This document shows positions 20,124-29,111 of a DNA stretch of 62,993 bases, in pieces (position 1 is the stretch's first letter; every line of letters begins with the position of its first letter). Below the pieces are notes generated by a model that was not told the origin of the DNA, did no database searches, and saw nothing but the letters and a program-made list of their open reading frames with translations. Source of the DNA: a virus (taxonomy: Duplodnaviria; Heunggongvirae; Uroviricota; Caudoviricetes); IMG/VR virus record IMGVR_UViG_3300033120_000611; one strand, 5' to 3'. Both the position numbers and the translations under genes were made by a program.

Positions 20124-20328
20124 TTTTGGTTTTTTTATAACTTGTAATAAAGCCATACACATTGAAGACTATGCCTGCTTCTTTAGCAGACTCTTCAGCT
20201 TTCGCATGTGATAGTATACTCGAGAAGTATGGATAAGGGATAACTGTGTAGTAGCCTCTCTTATTTTTTACGATCTCAAAGCCTAGAGTCTTGAACCAGG
20301 CATAATCTTCTGCTGTGAAATTGAACAT
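20107..20328 (-). CDS. Hypothetical protein
   Basis: ORF track; overlaps the kinase start. Confidence 0.5.
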   Translation of the reverse strand: MFNFTAEDYAWFKTLGFEIVKNKRGYYTVIPYPYFSSILSHAKAEESAKEAGIVFNVYGFITSYKKTKNDNSN

Positions 20329-20412
20329 TATTTTTTAATTATTTCTAGATAGTGTTTAAGAATCTCTTCCTGTCTTGGTGTTGGATTATAAAATATAACC
20401 CAGCTCCCATCA

Positions 20413-21204
20413 TTACTTGGATGGGGAACTTTGATCTCCATGTTTTTTGGTTTTATGGTATTGGCCAATATCGGCCTTCTTTAAAAGCTTAAGGGCCTCA
20501 GCTGCTTTTGTTCCTTTAGGTTGTACACCATGAAGTAACATAGCAAATGATTTATCCTGCATAAATGCATGACTATCATCATGATCTATCTCTAGATTCT
20601 GGTCAGCTGCTTCTTTCTCACTATATACTACCTTGGCAAACTTTAGATTATTCTGATCTATTAGTTTGTCATATTTACCTCCCACTGAAGCATTCATCTT
20701 TAAGTTATCCGGAATCTCATTCTTTAGGGCCATCCAGAAGTTTATGCTTTTAGTATATGCATAGAATGTTATCTTAGGATAAGCCTTTGCAACTAAGATC
20801 CATGCTCTCATATAGTTCTTACTGTAGAAGTCTCCAGCTACATGTATTCTGATAACCAAGGCATCTTTAGGTAATGATGCTTCAATCTTTTCTGCCATTT
20901 CAAAGGCGTCTTTTGATGAGTTTAATACATCAAAATTATGTTGTCTCTGCATACGTACAGCTGGAAAAGCTGCTTCTTGAGTAGCTGAGAAACATCTAAA
21001 CTGCATCTTAGGTCCATCTTCTAAGGTAACTTTGCCATCTTTGACAAAGACCTTAGCTAGACACTCATTAGCTCCTGGACATGCATGGCCACTTGGAAGA
21101 GAGAAAGTATAAACCTTTCCTCCTAGGGATGCTAGCTTAGCATTACCCTTGGCCGGGCTGAACTTCAGTAGCTCTGTTGTTGTACTCATAACTAAAAATT
21201 TCAT
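20413..21204 (-). CDS. Phage GP88-family protein (radical-SAM-like Cys motif)
   Basis: FSLPSGHACPGANEC...RCF; RIHVAGDFYS; FYAYTK. Confidence 0.7.
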   Translation of the reverse strand: MKFLVMSTTTELLKFSPAKGNAKLASLGGKVYTFSLPSGHACPGANECLAKVFVKDGKVTLEDGPKMQFRCFSATQEAAFPAVRMQRQHNFDVLNSSKDAFEMAEKIEASLPKDALVIRIHVAGDFYSKNYMRAWILVAKAYPKITFYAYTKSINFWMALKNEIPDNLKMNASVGGKYDKLIDQNNLKFAKVVYSEKEAADQNLEIDHDDSHAFMQDKSFAMLLHGVQPKGTKAAEALKLLKKADIGQYHKTKKHGDQSSPSK

Positions 21205-21793
21205 TGTTTAGATCTAATCGATCCATTAATTCTGCTTCGTCTGATATATGTACCAAACTCTCTTCACTTCCTACTACGTTGCTTAATTTATCTTCTAGAA
21301 GTTTTTTATAATCCTTATGCTTGTGGATTATATAATACTCCTTCATATAGATAGTTCTGTTTGTAGTAGGATCAACCCTCTTAAAGTTATTAGCATAGTC
21401 AGCACCCATCTGACTATACTTAGATTTCATGAAGCTCTCTAATGCCTTTCTCCATCTGTTTTCAACCTTAAACATTACCACAATTAAATTGTGATCAAGA
21501 ATGTAGTCTCCTACATAGTTAGGATATCTTCTATAGACATTATAGAACTCATGAAATCTCCGCATAGCTTCAATAGTTGGATTAAACACGAGATACAGAG
21601 TATCTGATGATTTATCCTTACACTCTAAGTGATCGAGATAACAATTAACGAGACCAAAGTATTGGAGTAGACGGAACCCACTCTTTTCATTACTAAGGTT
21701 GAGGGCGGGTAACATAAACACTGTAGTCTTATTCTGGGGTATTCCTCGGAGATTTGGTCGCTGTATACCTCTTGTATTATCATTCTTTGTCAT
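21143..21793 (-). CDS. Hypothetical protein
   Basis: 216-aa ORF in the replication operon. Confidence 0.65.
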   Translation of the reverse strand: MTKNDNTRGIQRPNLRGIPQNKTTVFMLPALNLSNEKSGFRLLQYFGLVNCYLDHLECKDKSSDTLYLVFNPTIEAMRRFHEFYNVYRRYPNYVGDYILDHNLIVVMFKVENRWRKALESFMKSKYSQMGADYANNFKRVDPTTNRTIYMKEYYIIHKHKDYKKLLEDKLSNVVGSEESLVHISDEAELMDRLDLNNEIFSYEYNNRATEVQPGQG

Positions 21794-21974
21794 CTGGTAT
21801 AGGTGTAAAAAGGTCAGGTAATATTCTCACCTGGTGTAGCTTACATAGCTCTAAAAACTGCTTGTCTTTAAAGAAAGCATTGTCATAGAGAATGATTGAT
21901 TTATTCTTGGCTGTGTAATTACCCCAGGACTTTAGTACTTGTTTGAGGTTTACCTCTGTTGTTAGTTCTGCCAT
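21780..21974 (-). CDS. Hypothetical protein
   Basis: ORF track. Confidence 0.5.
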   Translation of the reverse strand: MAELTTEVNLKQVLKSWGNYTAKNKSIILYDNAFFKDKQFLELCKLHQVRILPDLFTPIPDDKE

Positions 21975-22106
21975 AGTTTACCATTTATCAAGATAGCCTA
22001 CAATTTTTTGTAGCTCTTCTTTAGTTAGTAATTCTTTTACCTTATCTAGTAGAAGGTTTAGGTTCTTCCTAGTGACTTTTATTTCTCTATTTTCCATATA
22101 AGTTAT

Positions 22107-24008
22107 TTAGTGGCAATCAGCATATGAATGACCAAAGTCTACTGATATACCAAGTTTAACATTTAACTTGATCTTATTATTAACTTCATCTATACATTCG
22201 TATAGTAATTTAGTTATCCTCTCCTTATCATCTTCTGGTAGATTAAATAAGATCTCATCATGCATCTGTAGAGAAATTTTAATACCCCTTCTCCTAGCTG
22301 CTAGAATTTGCATATCAAAACAATATACACCAGTTCCCTGATTTAATGTAGAGAACCTATCCTTTTCGGCTCTAAGGGAATACCAAAATCCACTTACCGG
22401 ATTGTATAACCACTTCTTGGCTTTGTGTGATTTTACTACACAAGCCTCAGCAGTCTTCTTAACTGCAGCATTTCTCTGCCAATATATCTTATGCAGGAGA
22501 GTAGCTTTAGCTAATGGAATATTACCAGTTGCAGCTATTTTTGGAGGGCCGGCACCATAAGTAGCTGAGAAGTTTGTAGTCTTAGCTAAGTGCCTAGTTG
22601 CCTTATGATTCTTTCCCTCCTTGCCTTTAGAAGTCCCATATAGTTTATGCTCATCAGATTCTTCCTGAGTCATTAATCCAGCTAAGACAGCAATGTCTAA
22701 GTGAGGATCAAATCCAGGTGTTCTCATTTCATTCACATAATCTGGGTCATAGTTGTAGATATAGTGTTGCTTGGTAGTATCTTCTAGAGAAGACATATCA
22801 GATCCACATAGTATCATACCCTCATTTGCTACGAATACTTCCCGGATCTCCTTTCCAAACTTCTTCTCTACTCCTGGAAGATTAACTACATTAGTATGTC
22901 TTAGGCGTAAGGTATTAGTAAACCCAAGCGCTGAAGCTTCTATGAAGCCATTCTTCTGGGTATTAAGGAGGCCCTCAAGAACACCTATCCTATGTGATAG
23001 GACAGTTAATCCTTCAAGAACTTCTAGCCTGGGCTCCTTATCAAATAGGTCCTTTATAGACTCACAGATACCTGTCTTGTCTACTGAGGCTATCTGAGGA
23101 ACCTTTCTCGTAGATCCATCCTTATTCTTGACCATATTAAAGTTACGGGGTACCCAGCCTAAGCTAAATAACCAGTCTTTCTTTTGATCTACGGAGTTTG
23201 GATTTGGTTCTTCATACCCAAGGATCTTTTCAGCTGTATACTCCGGAAGTACTTCATGCCCAAGAGATTTGTAGTGTTCAAACATTAGGTCTCCCTTTGT
23301 ATGAAACTCATCTCCAATTACGATCACATTCTTATAAACCTTCTTCTTTGTGATAGGCTTCTTAGGCATTATCTCAGCAAGTACCTTAGTTTTCTCCTCT
23401 TTTAGCTTTGTAAGCTTCTCAATATTAGCCTGAGTCTTGGGTATATCCATTCGTAGCTTAACTTCCTCTTGCTCTCTTATACAATCCATTTTAAACTGTA
23501 GATAAGTAATTAGCCTAGCTGCAGCTTTTTCATCTGTATAGATAGCTCTTAAGTCGGATATTAACAACTCCCAAAGCTTGAAGTTGATCTGAGTATCCAC
23601 TTCACATCTTTCGATGTACTGTTCACTGGTGAGATTTTTCCAATCTCCTATCTGAACCTTGGCTACTCCAAGTCTTTCTCCCCAGGCCTCTAAGGAATGT
23701 TTTTGATGTTCCGGATATAGATACCAGGATAGTGCTAAAGTATCAACAATATGGTCGTGATTCTTTATATCAACACCCAGTATATTTGCTGATACTCTTT
23801 CATCGTATAGAGTTATGTTATGACCAATTCTTATTATATCTCTACTAAAGAACTCAGTCATCTTATCATAATCTACGGTGGATTCTGTTTTGACTACACC
23901 ATCTCCATCCCTATAAGTCATACTTAAACAGTGGATCTTGGTGGCGTCATCTATTAGTCCATCAGTCTCTATGTCATAAATATAGAGAGGTTTTGATAAA
24001 TCGACCAT
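22107..24008 (-). CDS. polA: Family A DNA polymerase with 3'-5' exonuclease
   Basis: Exo motifs YDIETDG, GHNITLYD and CEVD; Pol motifs A (GSDMSSLE), B (RHLAKTTNFSATYG) and C (MHDE). Confidence 0.92.
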   Translation of the reverse strand: MVDLSKPLYIYDIETDGLIDDATKIHCLSMTYRDGDGVVKTESTVDYDKMTEFFSRDIIRIGHNITLYDERVSANILGVDIKNHDHIVDTLALSWYLYPEHQKHSLEAWGERLGVAKVQIGDWKNLTSEQYIERCEVDTQINFKLWELLISDLRAIYTDEKAAARLITYLQFKMDCIREQEEVKLRMDIPKTQANIEKLTKLKEEKTKVLAEIMPKKPITKKKVYKNVIVIGDEFHTKGDLMFEHYKSLGHEVLPEYTAEKILGYEEPNPNSVDQKKDWLFSLGWVPRNFNMVKNKDGSTRKVPQIASVDKTGICESIKDLFDKEPRLEVLEGLTVLSHRIGVLEGLLNTQKNGFIEASALGFTNTLRLRHTNVVNLPGVEKKFGKEIREVFVANEGMILCGSDMSSLEDTTKQHYIYNYDPDYVNEMRTPGFDPHLDIAVLAGLMTQEESDEHKLYGTSKGKEGKNHKATRHLAKTTNFSATYGAGPPKIAATGNIPLAKATLLHKIYWQRNAAVKKTAEACVVKSHKAKKWLYNPVSGFWYSLRAEKDRFSTLNQGTGVYCFDMQILAARRRGIKISLQMHDEILFNLPEDDKERITKLLYECIDEVNNKIKLNVKLGISVDFGHSYADCH

Positions 24009-24012
24009 AAAG

Positions 24013-24249
24013 TTATTTTAATATTTCAGAAGCCACTTGCTTCCTTAAATCATTCGCTAGTATTGGTAAATGATCTTCTATTTCCTCAGCATACTTAAGT
24101 AGAGCTACTTGACAAGCCCTAATATGCCTACGATCTTTACCTCCAGCATCATATCGAAGGACAAAGTACTTAGCATCATCATCTGTGACTGTGCCATCTG
24201 CATGGCTTATGATGTACTTTTTTATAAGTCCTTCCTTTGACTTTTTCAT
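24013..24249 (-). CDS. Hypothetical protein
   Basis: ORF track; likely start MKKSK. Confidence 0.55.
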   Translation of the reverse strand: MKKSKEGLIKKYIISHADGTVTDDDAKYFVLRYDAGGKDRRHIRACQVALLKYAEEIEDHLPILANDLRKQVASEILK

Positions 24250-24385
24250 GTTATTGGTTTTAGTTATCGATCTTCTCAGCAGTCCAATCATGGAAATCTG
24301 CCGCCCACTCTAGACCAGTAATTAGTAGTGGGTGCGCTATCACATTGTGTATGAAATACCAAAATTTCTCTTTCATATTGTGTTT

Positions 24386-25246
24386 TTAATCTAAGTACTC
24401 CCAGCTTCCTTTTGCCTCATCTGATATGATTGTCTCAACACAGTTGAAGCAGATTGGTTCTGGGATTGCAAATTTAACTCCTTCAGGTAACTGTTCCAAG
24501 TTTTCCAAGATCTTTAACAATTGATATTGCCTTGAAAATCTTGATATTCCCTGGTACTGTCCAAGGTAGCTTATAAATACCTGTAGCGCTGATATGATTG
24601 GATTATTATTCTCCATCCTAAGTAGTAACTCAGTCTCTGCAGTCTTGGGTCCCATACCCTTTATAAGATTTGGAACGCCATCAATAGCATCTCCAGTGAG
24701 GAGGGATATAGCAAAGTTATAGATTGCTTCCTCCCGGCTGGTTTCAATGAAGCAAGATTTATTCTTTCTAGCATCAAAGTGCCGGCCAGGTATACAATCC
24801 AGTACATCCTTATCAGCAGCTATTATAAAGCTATTAGGCAGATAATTCTTAGTAATGCTTACAAGATCATCAGCCTCTAGTCCTTCGACCTCTATAGCTC
24901 CCCATTGATCTGCTAGGTGCTGTTTTACTTCCTTGAACCATAGAGGTTTTTCCATACCTACTCTATTCGCCTTGTATGAGTCATCTAGCTTATGCCGGAA
25001 TGTCTCACCAGTAGTAAGGTATAGGATATAACTATCCGCATGAGTAATGTTTAGAATGTCATTCATATAAGTGTCACAGGTATTTATTGCTTCCTGGAGA
25101 GTCTTATCAGTATACACATATTTTCCAGCCTCCTTAAGTGGATGCCCGAATTGATTCATAACTTTGTTAGGGTTACAAGCAATCCATATAATATAGTCTG
25201 CATCTATTAAGGCAGTGCTAGTGAATTTGTTAGATATCTTTTCCAT
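24386..25246 (-). CDS. 5'-3' exonuclease / flap endonuclease (T7 gp6-like)
   Basis: LIDAD; YKANR; EADD; DKD; GDAIDGVP...GMGPKTA (H3TH). Confidence 0.85.
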   Translation of the reverse strand: MEKISNKFTSTALIDADYIIWIACNPNKVMNQFGHPLKEAGKYVYTDKTLQEAINTCDTYMNDILNITHADSYILYLTTGETFRHKLDDSYKANRVGMEKPLWFKEVKQHLADQWGAIEVEGLEADDLVSITKNYLPNSFIIAADKDVLDCIPGRHFDARKNKSCFIETSREEAIYNFAISLLTGDAIDGVPNLIKGMGPKTAETELLLRMENNNPIISALQVFISYLGQYQGISRFSRQYQLLKILENLEQLPEGVKFAIPEPICFNCVETIISDEAKGSWEYLD

Positions 25247-25251
25247 ACTTT

Positions 25252-25926
25252 TTATAGTAAGTCTTTTGCTGATTTGGCCATAAGTAATGTCTCCACGGAA
25301 AACCCGGAAGGCACTACAAAGATATTAAAATCTAGCTTTCTGAGAGCCGGGTCAGTGATATGAGTGAATTCACATAAAATATGTGGTATGTACTTAATCT
25401 TGTCATCTTGAATAATACCCAGCTTGTGTGGATACTTGACAGGATCAGTAGTAGAGGTAAGACAATCTATACCACACTTAACGAAAAGGTTGGCAAGATT
25501 ATCTAAATCAGGTAGTTTTGAAGTGTAAACATCATGGAAATTAAGACTGATTAACAGTCTATTCTTCCCTAAGTTTATGGTTGCCGGAAGTTGCTTTGAG
25601 AACTCCTTGTGGAACATCTCATGTAACTGATTGACTATTACACTCCTAACTGAGTGGTGAAGACCTACATAGATCTTCTGGGCATTGATACTCAACATTC
25701 TAGGTAGACCAGCAGTTTTAGAATTCTTGATTACTGGTTCCATTGTAGTCACATCTACTAGCCTATCTAGTAAGTTGAAGTCATATTTGGTTCTATCTGA
25801 ATACTTCTGGGGAATTCTACCCTTAGCATCATCTTTCCTGGTCCAGTAAGTTGGTCTTTTTTTCTTACTGACCTGCACCTCCGTAGGGAAGTCTGGAATA
25901 GTACATTTATAACTCTGGATTATCAT
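25252..25926 (-). CDS. RusA-like Holliday junction resolvase (putative)
   Basis: PDLDNL...KCGIDCL...IIQDD acidic pattern; ATGA-coupled to nrdJ. Confidence 0.5.
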   Translation of the reverse strand: MIIQSYKCTIPDFPTEVQVSKKKRPTYWTRKDDAKGRIPQKYSDRTKYDFNLLDRLVDVTTMEPVIKNSKTAGLPRMLSINAQKIYVGLHHSVRSVIVNQLHEMFHKEFSKQLPATINLGKNRLLISLNFHDVYTSKLPDLDNLANLFVKCGIDCLTSTTDPVKYPHKLGIIQDDKIKYIPHILCEFTHITDPALRKLDFNIFVVPSGFSVETLLMAKSAKDLL

Positions 25927-27884
25927 TTGATCACACATTTATCAGCATCACAATATAGTTCCGGTTTACTATCCTCTTTTAGAGATTCTATAACCAGGGG
26001 TTTAAGGCCCTTTGAAAGTTTCTCATATTCCTCCTTAGTGATTGATTCATAAGGCATTTGCTGATATGCTCCTTCTTCTAACTTCGGGAGGAATGAGATA
26101 GCCTTGAGATCATACTGATGATACTTCAATATAGCCGGGATCTCCTTCCCCTCTTCAGGATTGAAAGTCACAGTACATGATACCTGATTATCAGCCCACC
26201 ATTTCTGAATAAAAGCTGCAAGTTCTACCTGTTCCCAGATAGATACATCCTTTATAGTCCTACACTTTACTTCCACTGGAATGGATACCACAATAGTATT
26301 AGGATCTTTAACATCAGGTTCCATGTGATACCCAGCCTTCTTACAAGCTTCGATCAGTGGAGACATAATGCTAATTCTCATTCTACGAATATAGTAATCA
26401 TCCTCAGGATAGTGCATGCCAGGAGTTGCTCCAACCAATAGGCTAACAGTTCCAGATGGCTTAATACTTGTAGTCTTAATAGACTTAGGGATACAAAGCC
26501 AGTTTGAATAGATCTCATCATACTCTTGAACTGTCTTATAGCCGGCATCACACCACTGACGATATTCCTCCAGACTATGAGTCTCTAGGAATTGAGCTAT
26601 ACCAGATTGACTCAAGCCTATTCTCCTATTCCGGAGAAGAACCTTATTAGTATCCTTATTGTGAGTCTTTAGTAGTGTAACTGACTTAGCATATAAGTAT
26701 GCAAACTTCAGAGTACGCTGATAATCAGCTAGACTTTCATGATTATTTGGGAATGTTTCAACCAGGCAGCATAACTCGAAGTTCTCGAGACTTTGCTCAG
26801 CACATGGATTACATCCTACCACCTTATGATCCTTACCATTAGGCTTCTCACACATCCGGCCGTACTGTTGAGCATTTTCTAGCCAGAAATATCCCGGTTC
26901 ACCATTTATTGAGGTTCTCTTAGCCGCCTCAGTATAGTCTGTATTTTCATCACAGAATACACTATTATTAGAAGTCCAGCCAAAAGCTCCACGATGAGGA
27001 TTAACTTCCCAGTTCTTGAGATCCAGGTAAGTCTTATCCCCCGCATCACCAAACATGATCTGAGCGCTTCTTCTCACATTTCCTGATACTACACAAACAC
27101 CTATGATATTCATAATATCTGCTATATCAGTAGCTGTAAGAGTCTGACCATCCCTTTTATCTAGGATAGATCTTATCTGCTCATGCATGGACTTAAGAGG
27201 GCCAGGACCAGATGATATACCTCCAAAGGTCTTGATTGGTAAACCAGCTGCTCTTATAAGAGAATAGTCGAATCTTACTACTTTCTGATCTCCCTCTGTA
27301 TATGTATTGAGAAGTAATCTTAGACTTTCTACCCAGCCTTCTCTAGTATCTGGGATTACAAAAGTTTCATAATCATCAGCTTTAGACACGTATGGTTTAT
27401 CTATTGTGATCTTACCATCACCCTTTAGATCAAATCCCACCCCTACACCTAGCATAGACATATCCATCATGAATGTAAAAGGCTTAGAGAAGTTCTTGTC
27501 TATGTCTTTAGTAGATACGAATCCACAGTTATTCATAGCTGCACCTAGACCTTTCTTGATAATATCTGTACCACATGCCCATAGACCCCTACCCGGAGGA
27601 AGAAACTTAAAGGTAAACATGCGTTCATACATTTCTTGAGCTGAGTCTTGAGCTTTAGAATCATTCCAGCCTAGATCCTGAGATAAAATATGAGCTTTCT
27701 GAATTGAGTAGATACCATTTACTACTCTCTCCACAGTCTCAAACCACTTCTCATTTTCACCATTTTCCTTTAGCCTACTATAAGTTCTATAGTATGTGAG
27801 CTCACCCACACCATTAAAACCGAAGTTTGCTTTTTTCTTTCGATAGCTCTCTACGAACTCACTATCTAATTTAAAGTCTGTCAT
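25923..27884 (-). CDS. nrdJ: Class II (adenosylcobalamin-dependent) ribonucleotide reductase
   Basis: YYRTYSR; PPGRGLW; GNVRRSA; NPCAEQ; CCLVE; RRIGL; TSIKPSGTVS. Confidence 0.9.
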   Translation of the reverse strand: MTDFKLDSEFVESYRKKKANFGFNGVGELTYYRTYSRLKENGENEKWFETVERVVNGIYSIQKAHILSQDLGWNDSKAQDSAQEMYERMFTFKFLPPGRGLWACGTDIIKKGLGAAMNNCGFVSTKDIDKNFSKPFTFMMDMSMLGVGVGFDLKGDGKITIDKPYVSKADDYETFVIPDTREGWVESLRLLLNTYTEGDQKVVRFDYSLIRAAGLPIKTFGGISSGPGPLKSMHEQIRSILDKRDGQTLTATDIADIMNIIGVCVVSGNVRRSAQIMFGDAGDKTYLDLKNWEVNPHRGAFGWTSNNSVFCDENTDYTEAAKRTSINGEPGYFWLENAQQYGRMCEKPNGKDHKVVGCNPCAEQSLENFELCCLVETFPNNHESLADYQRTLKFAYLYAKSVTLLKTHNKDTNKVLLRNRRIGLSQSGIAQFLETHSLEEYRQWCDAGYKTVQEYDEIYSNWLCIPKSIKTTSIKPSGTVSLLVGATPGMHYPEDDYYIRRMRISIMSPLIEACKKAGYHMEPDVKDPNTIVVSIPVEVKCRTIKDVSIWEQVELAAFIQKWWADNQVSCTVTFNPEEGKEIPAILKYHQYDLKAISFLPKLEEGAYQQMPYESITKEEYEKLSKGLKPLVIESLKEDSKPELYCDADKCVIK

Positions 27885-27898
27885 TTTGTTGTATTTAA

Positions 27899-27931
27899 AA
27901 TAAATTCCCGGAGACTGACTATCCCCGGGAA
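27899..27931 (-). terminator. Putative intrinsic terminator
   Basis: TTCCCGG/CCGGGAA stem with an A-rich flank on the + strand, just after the rIIB stop. Confidence 0.5.
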
Positions 27932-27937
27932 TATGAA

Positions 27938-29080
27938 TTAATCAGCTAGTTCAAATCTATCAGCATCATACCAATCACGATCACCATCATTGTCTACAAT
28001 GAGAACCTGTTCTTCGTCTGCATCTAATACGAAGTATGTCTTTCCCCTGCTTAGGGGAACTTCATCTTCATCATCTACACAAATAATATAGCTATCCTCA
28101 GGGAAGCACTGCTCTACATCATCGTCATCATACTCTCCATTGACAAGATCTGATTCATTCTTATCTAGATTAACCAGTAGTTCTTTGATCTCCTTAGCTG
28201 AATCTACGAATGAAATAATTTGATACTCACAGGTACGTAGCTTAGCTTCATTCTCATTACATGCTATTACATCCTCTGGAAATACTTTGCATAGTACTCG
28301 AACATCACCACTGAAGTTATATGAGAAGGCTCCAATATGGAGACCATATCCACAAGCTTCTCTAAGCTCAAGCTCATTTAGTTTGACTCTTTCGATCTTC
28401 ACTACCTCTCCTACCTTCTGACGAATAGTCTTACTATGTACATCAACCATAAGTGGATTAACACTTTCTATAAATTGCTTGTATTTCTTTGCTACTGTCT
28501 TAGGTACTATACTACCATTGATTGCTCTGACTATTCCATCCTCACCTAGTGACAATTCTTCAAAGTCATCTGGCACATCTATCCTATTCTCACCTCTAAC
28601 GAAAAGGAGTTTCTTGTATCCAAGAAATGCTCCATCATCAGTGATAGGTAAATGATTTTTCTCTAGGAAATTAAATAGCTCAGTTACAGCTATATAATGA
28701 GGATTTCTTAAGCATGATTCCCAGAAGCGTACTAGTGAATCTACCGGTAGATCATTATCAATAAAGTCCAGTATCTTTTTAGATAGCTGTTCTGGTACTG
28801 GAGTAGTTGTACCAGTTAAGTACAATATTCCACCAGTTCCATCTATCTCAAATCTCTTATCAGATTTAAGTAGAGTTCTCTTTAGAGGACTAAAGAAGTC
28901 TTCTAGGGCCTCTCGGTCCGCTTGTGTCTGTGGACTTCTCCTAAACCTCTCTAAGGCCAGCACAACCTCATTGCGCTGGGCCTTAGATCTGATTTGGACT
29001 GTCCGACTCTTTCCTTCCAAGACTATCGTAATAGTCTCTTCAGTCGAGATATACGCGAGTTTATCTGTTGTTGCGAACAT
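27938..29080 (-). CDS. rIIB: RIIB-like protein
   Basis: ELFNFLE...LPITDDGAFLGYK; CGYGLHIG; KLRTCEY; lies directly downstream of rIIA. Confidence 0.75.
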   Translation of the reverse strand: MFATTDKLAYISTEETITIVLEGKSRTVQIRSKAQRNEVVLALERFRRSPQTQADREALEDFFSPLKRTLLKSDKRFEIDGTGGILYLTGTTTPVPEQLSKKILDFIDNDLPVDSLVRFWESCLRNPHYIAVTELFNFLEKNHLPITDDGAFLGYKKLLFVRGENRIDVPDDFEELSLGEDGIVRAINGSIVPKTVAKKYKQFIESVNPLMVDVHSKTIRQKVGEVVKIERVKLNELELREACGYGLHIGAFSYNFSGDVRVLCKVFPEDVIACNENEAKLRTCEYQIISFVDSAKEIKELLVNLDKNESDLVNGEYDDDDVEQCFPEDSYIICVDDEDEVPLSRGKTYFVLDADEEQVLIVDNDGDRDWYDADRFELAD

Positions 29081-29097
29081 GTTATTAATTTAGTTTG

Positions 29098-29105
29098 CGA
29101 ATATA
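29098..29105 (-). promoter_or_regulatory. Bacteroidota-type -7 element variant (TATATTCG)
   Basis: One mismatch to TAnnTTTG; lies in the rIIA-rIIB gap. Confidence 0.45.
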
Positions 29106-29111
29106 CAAAAA

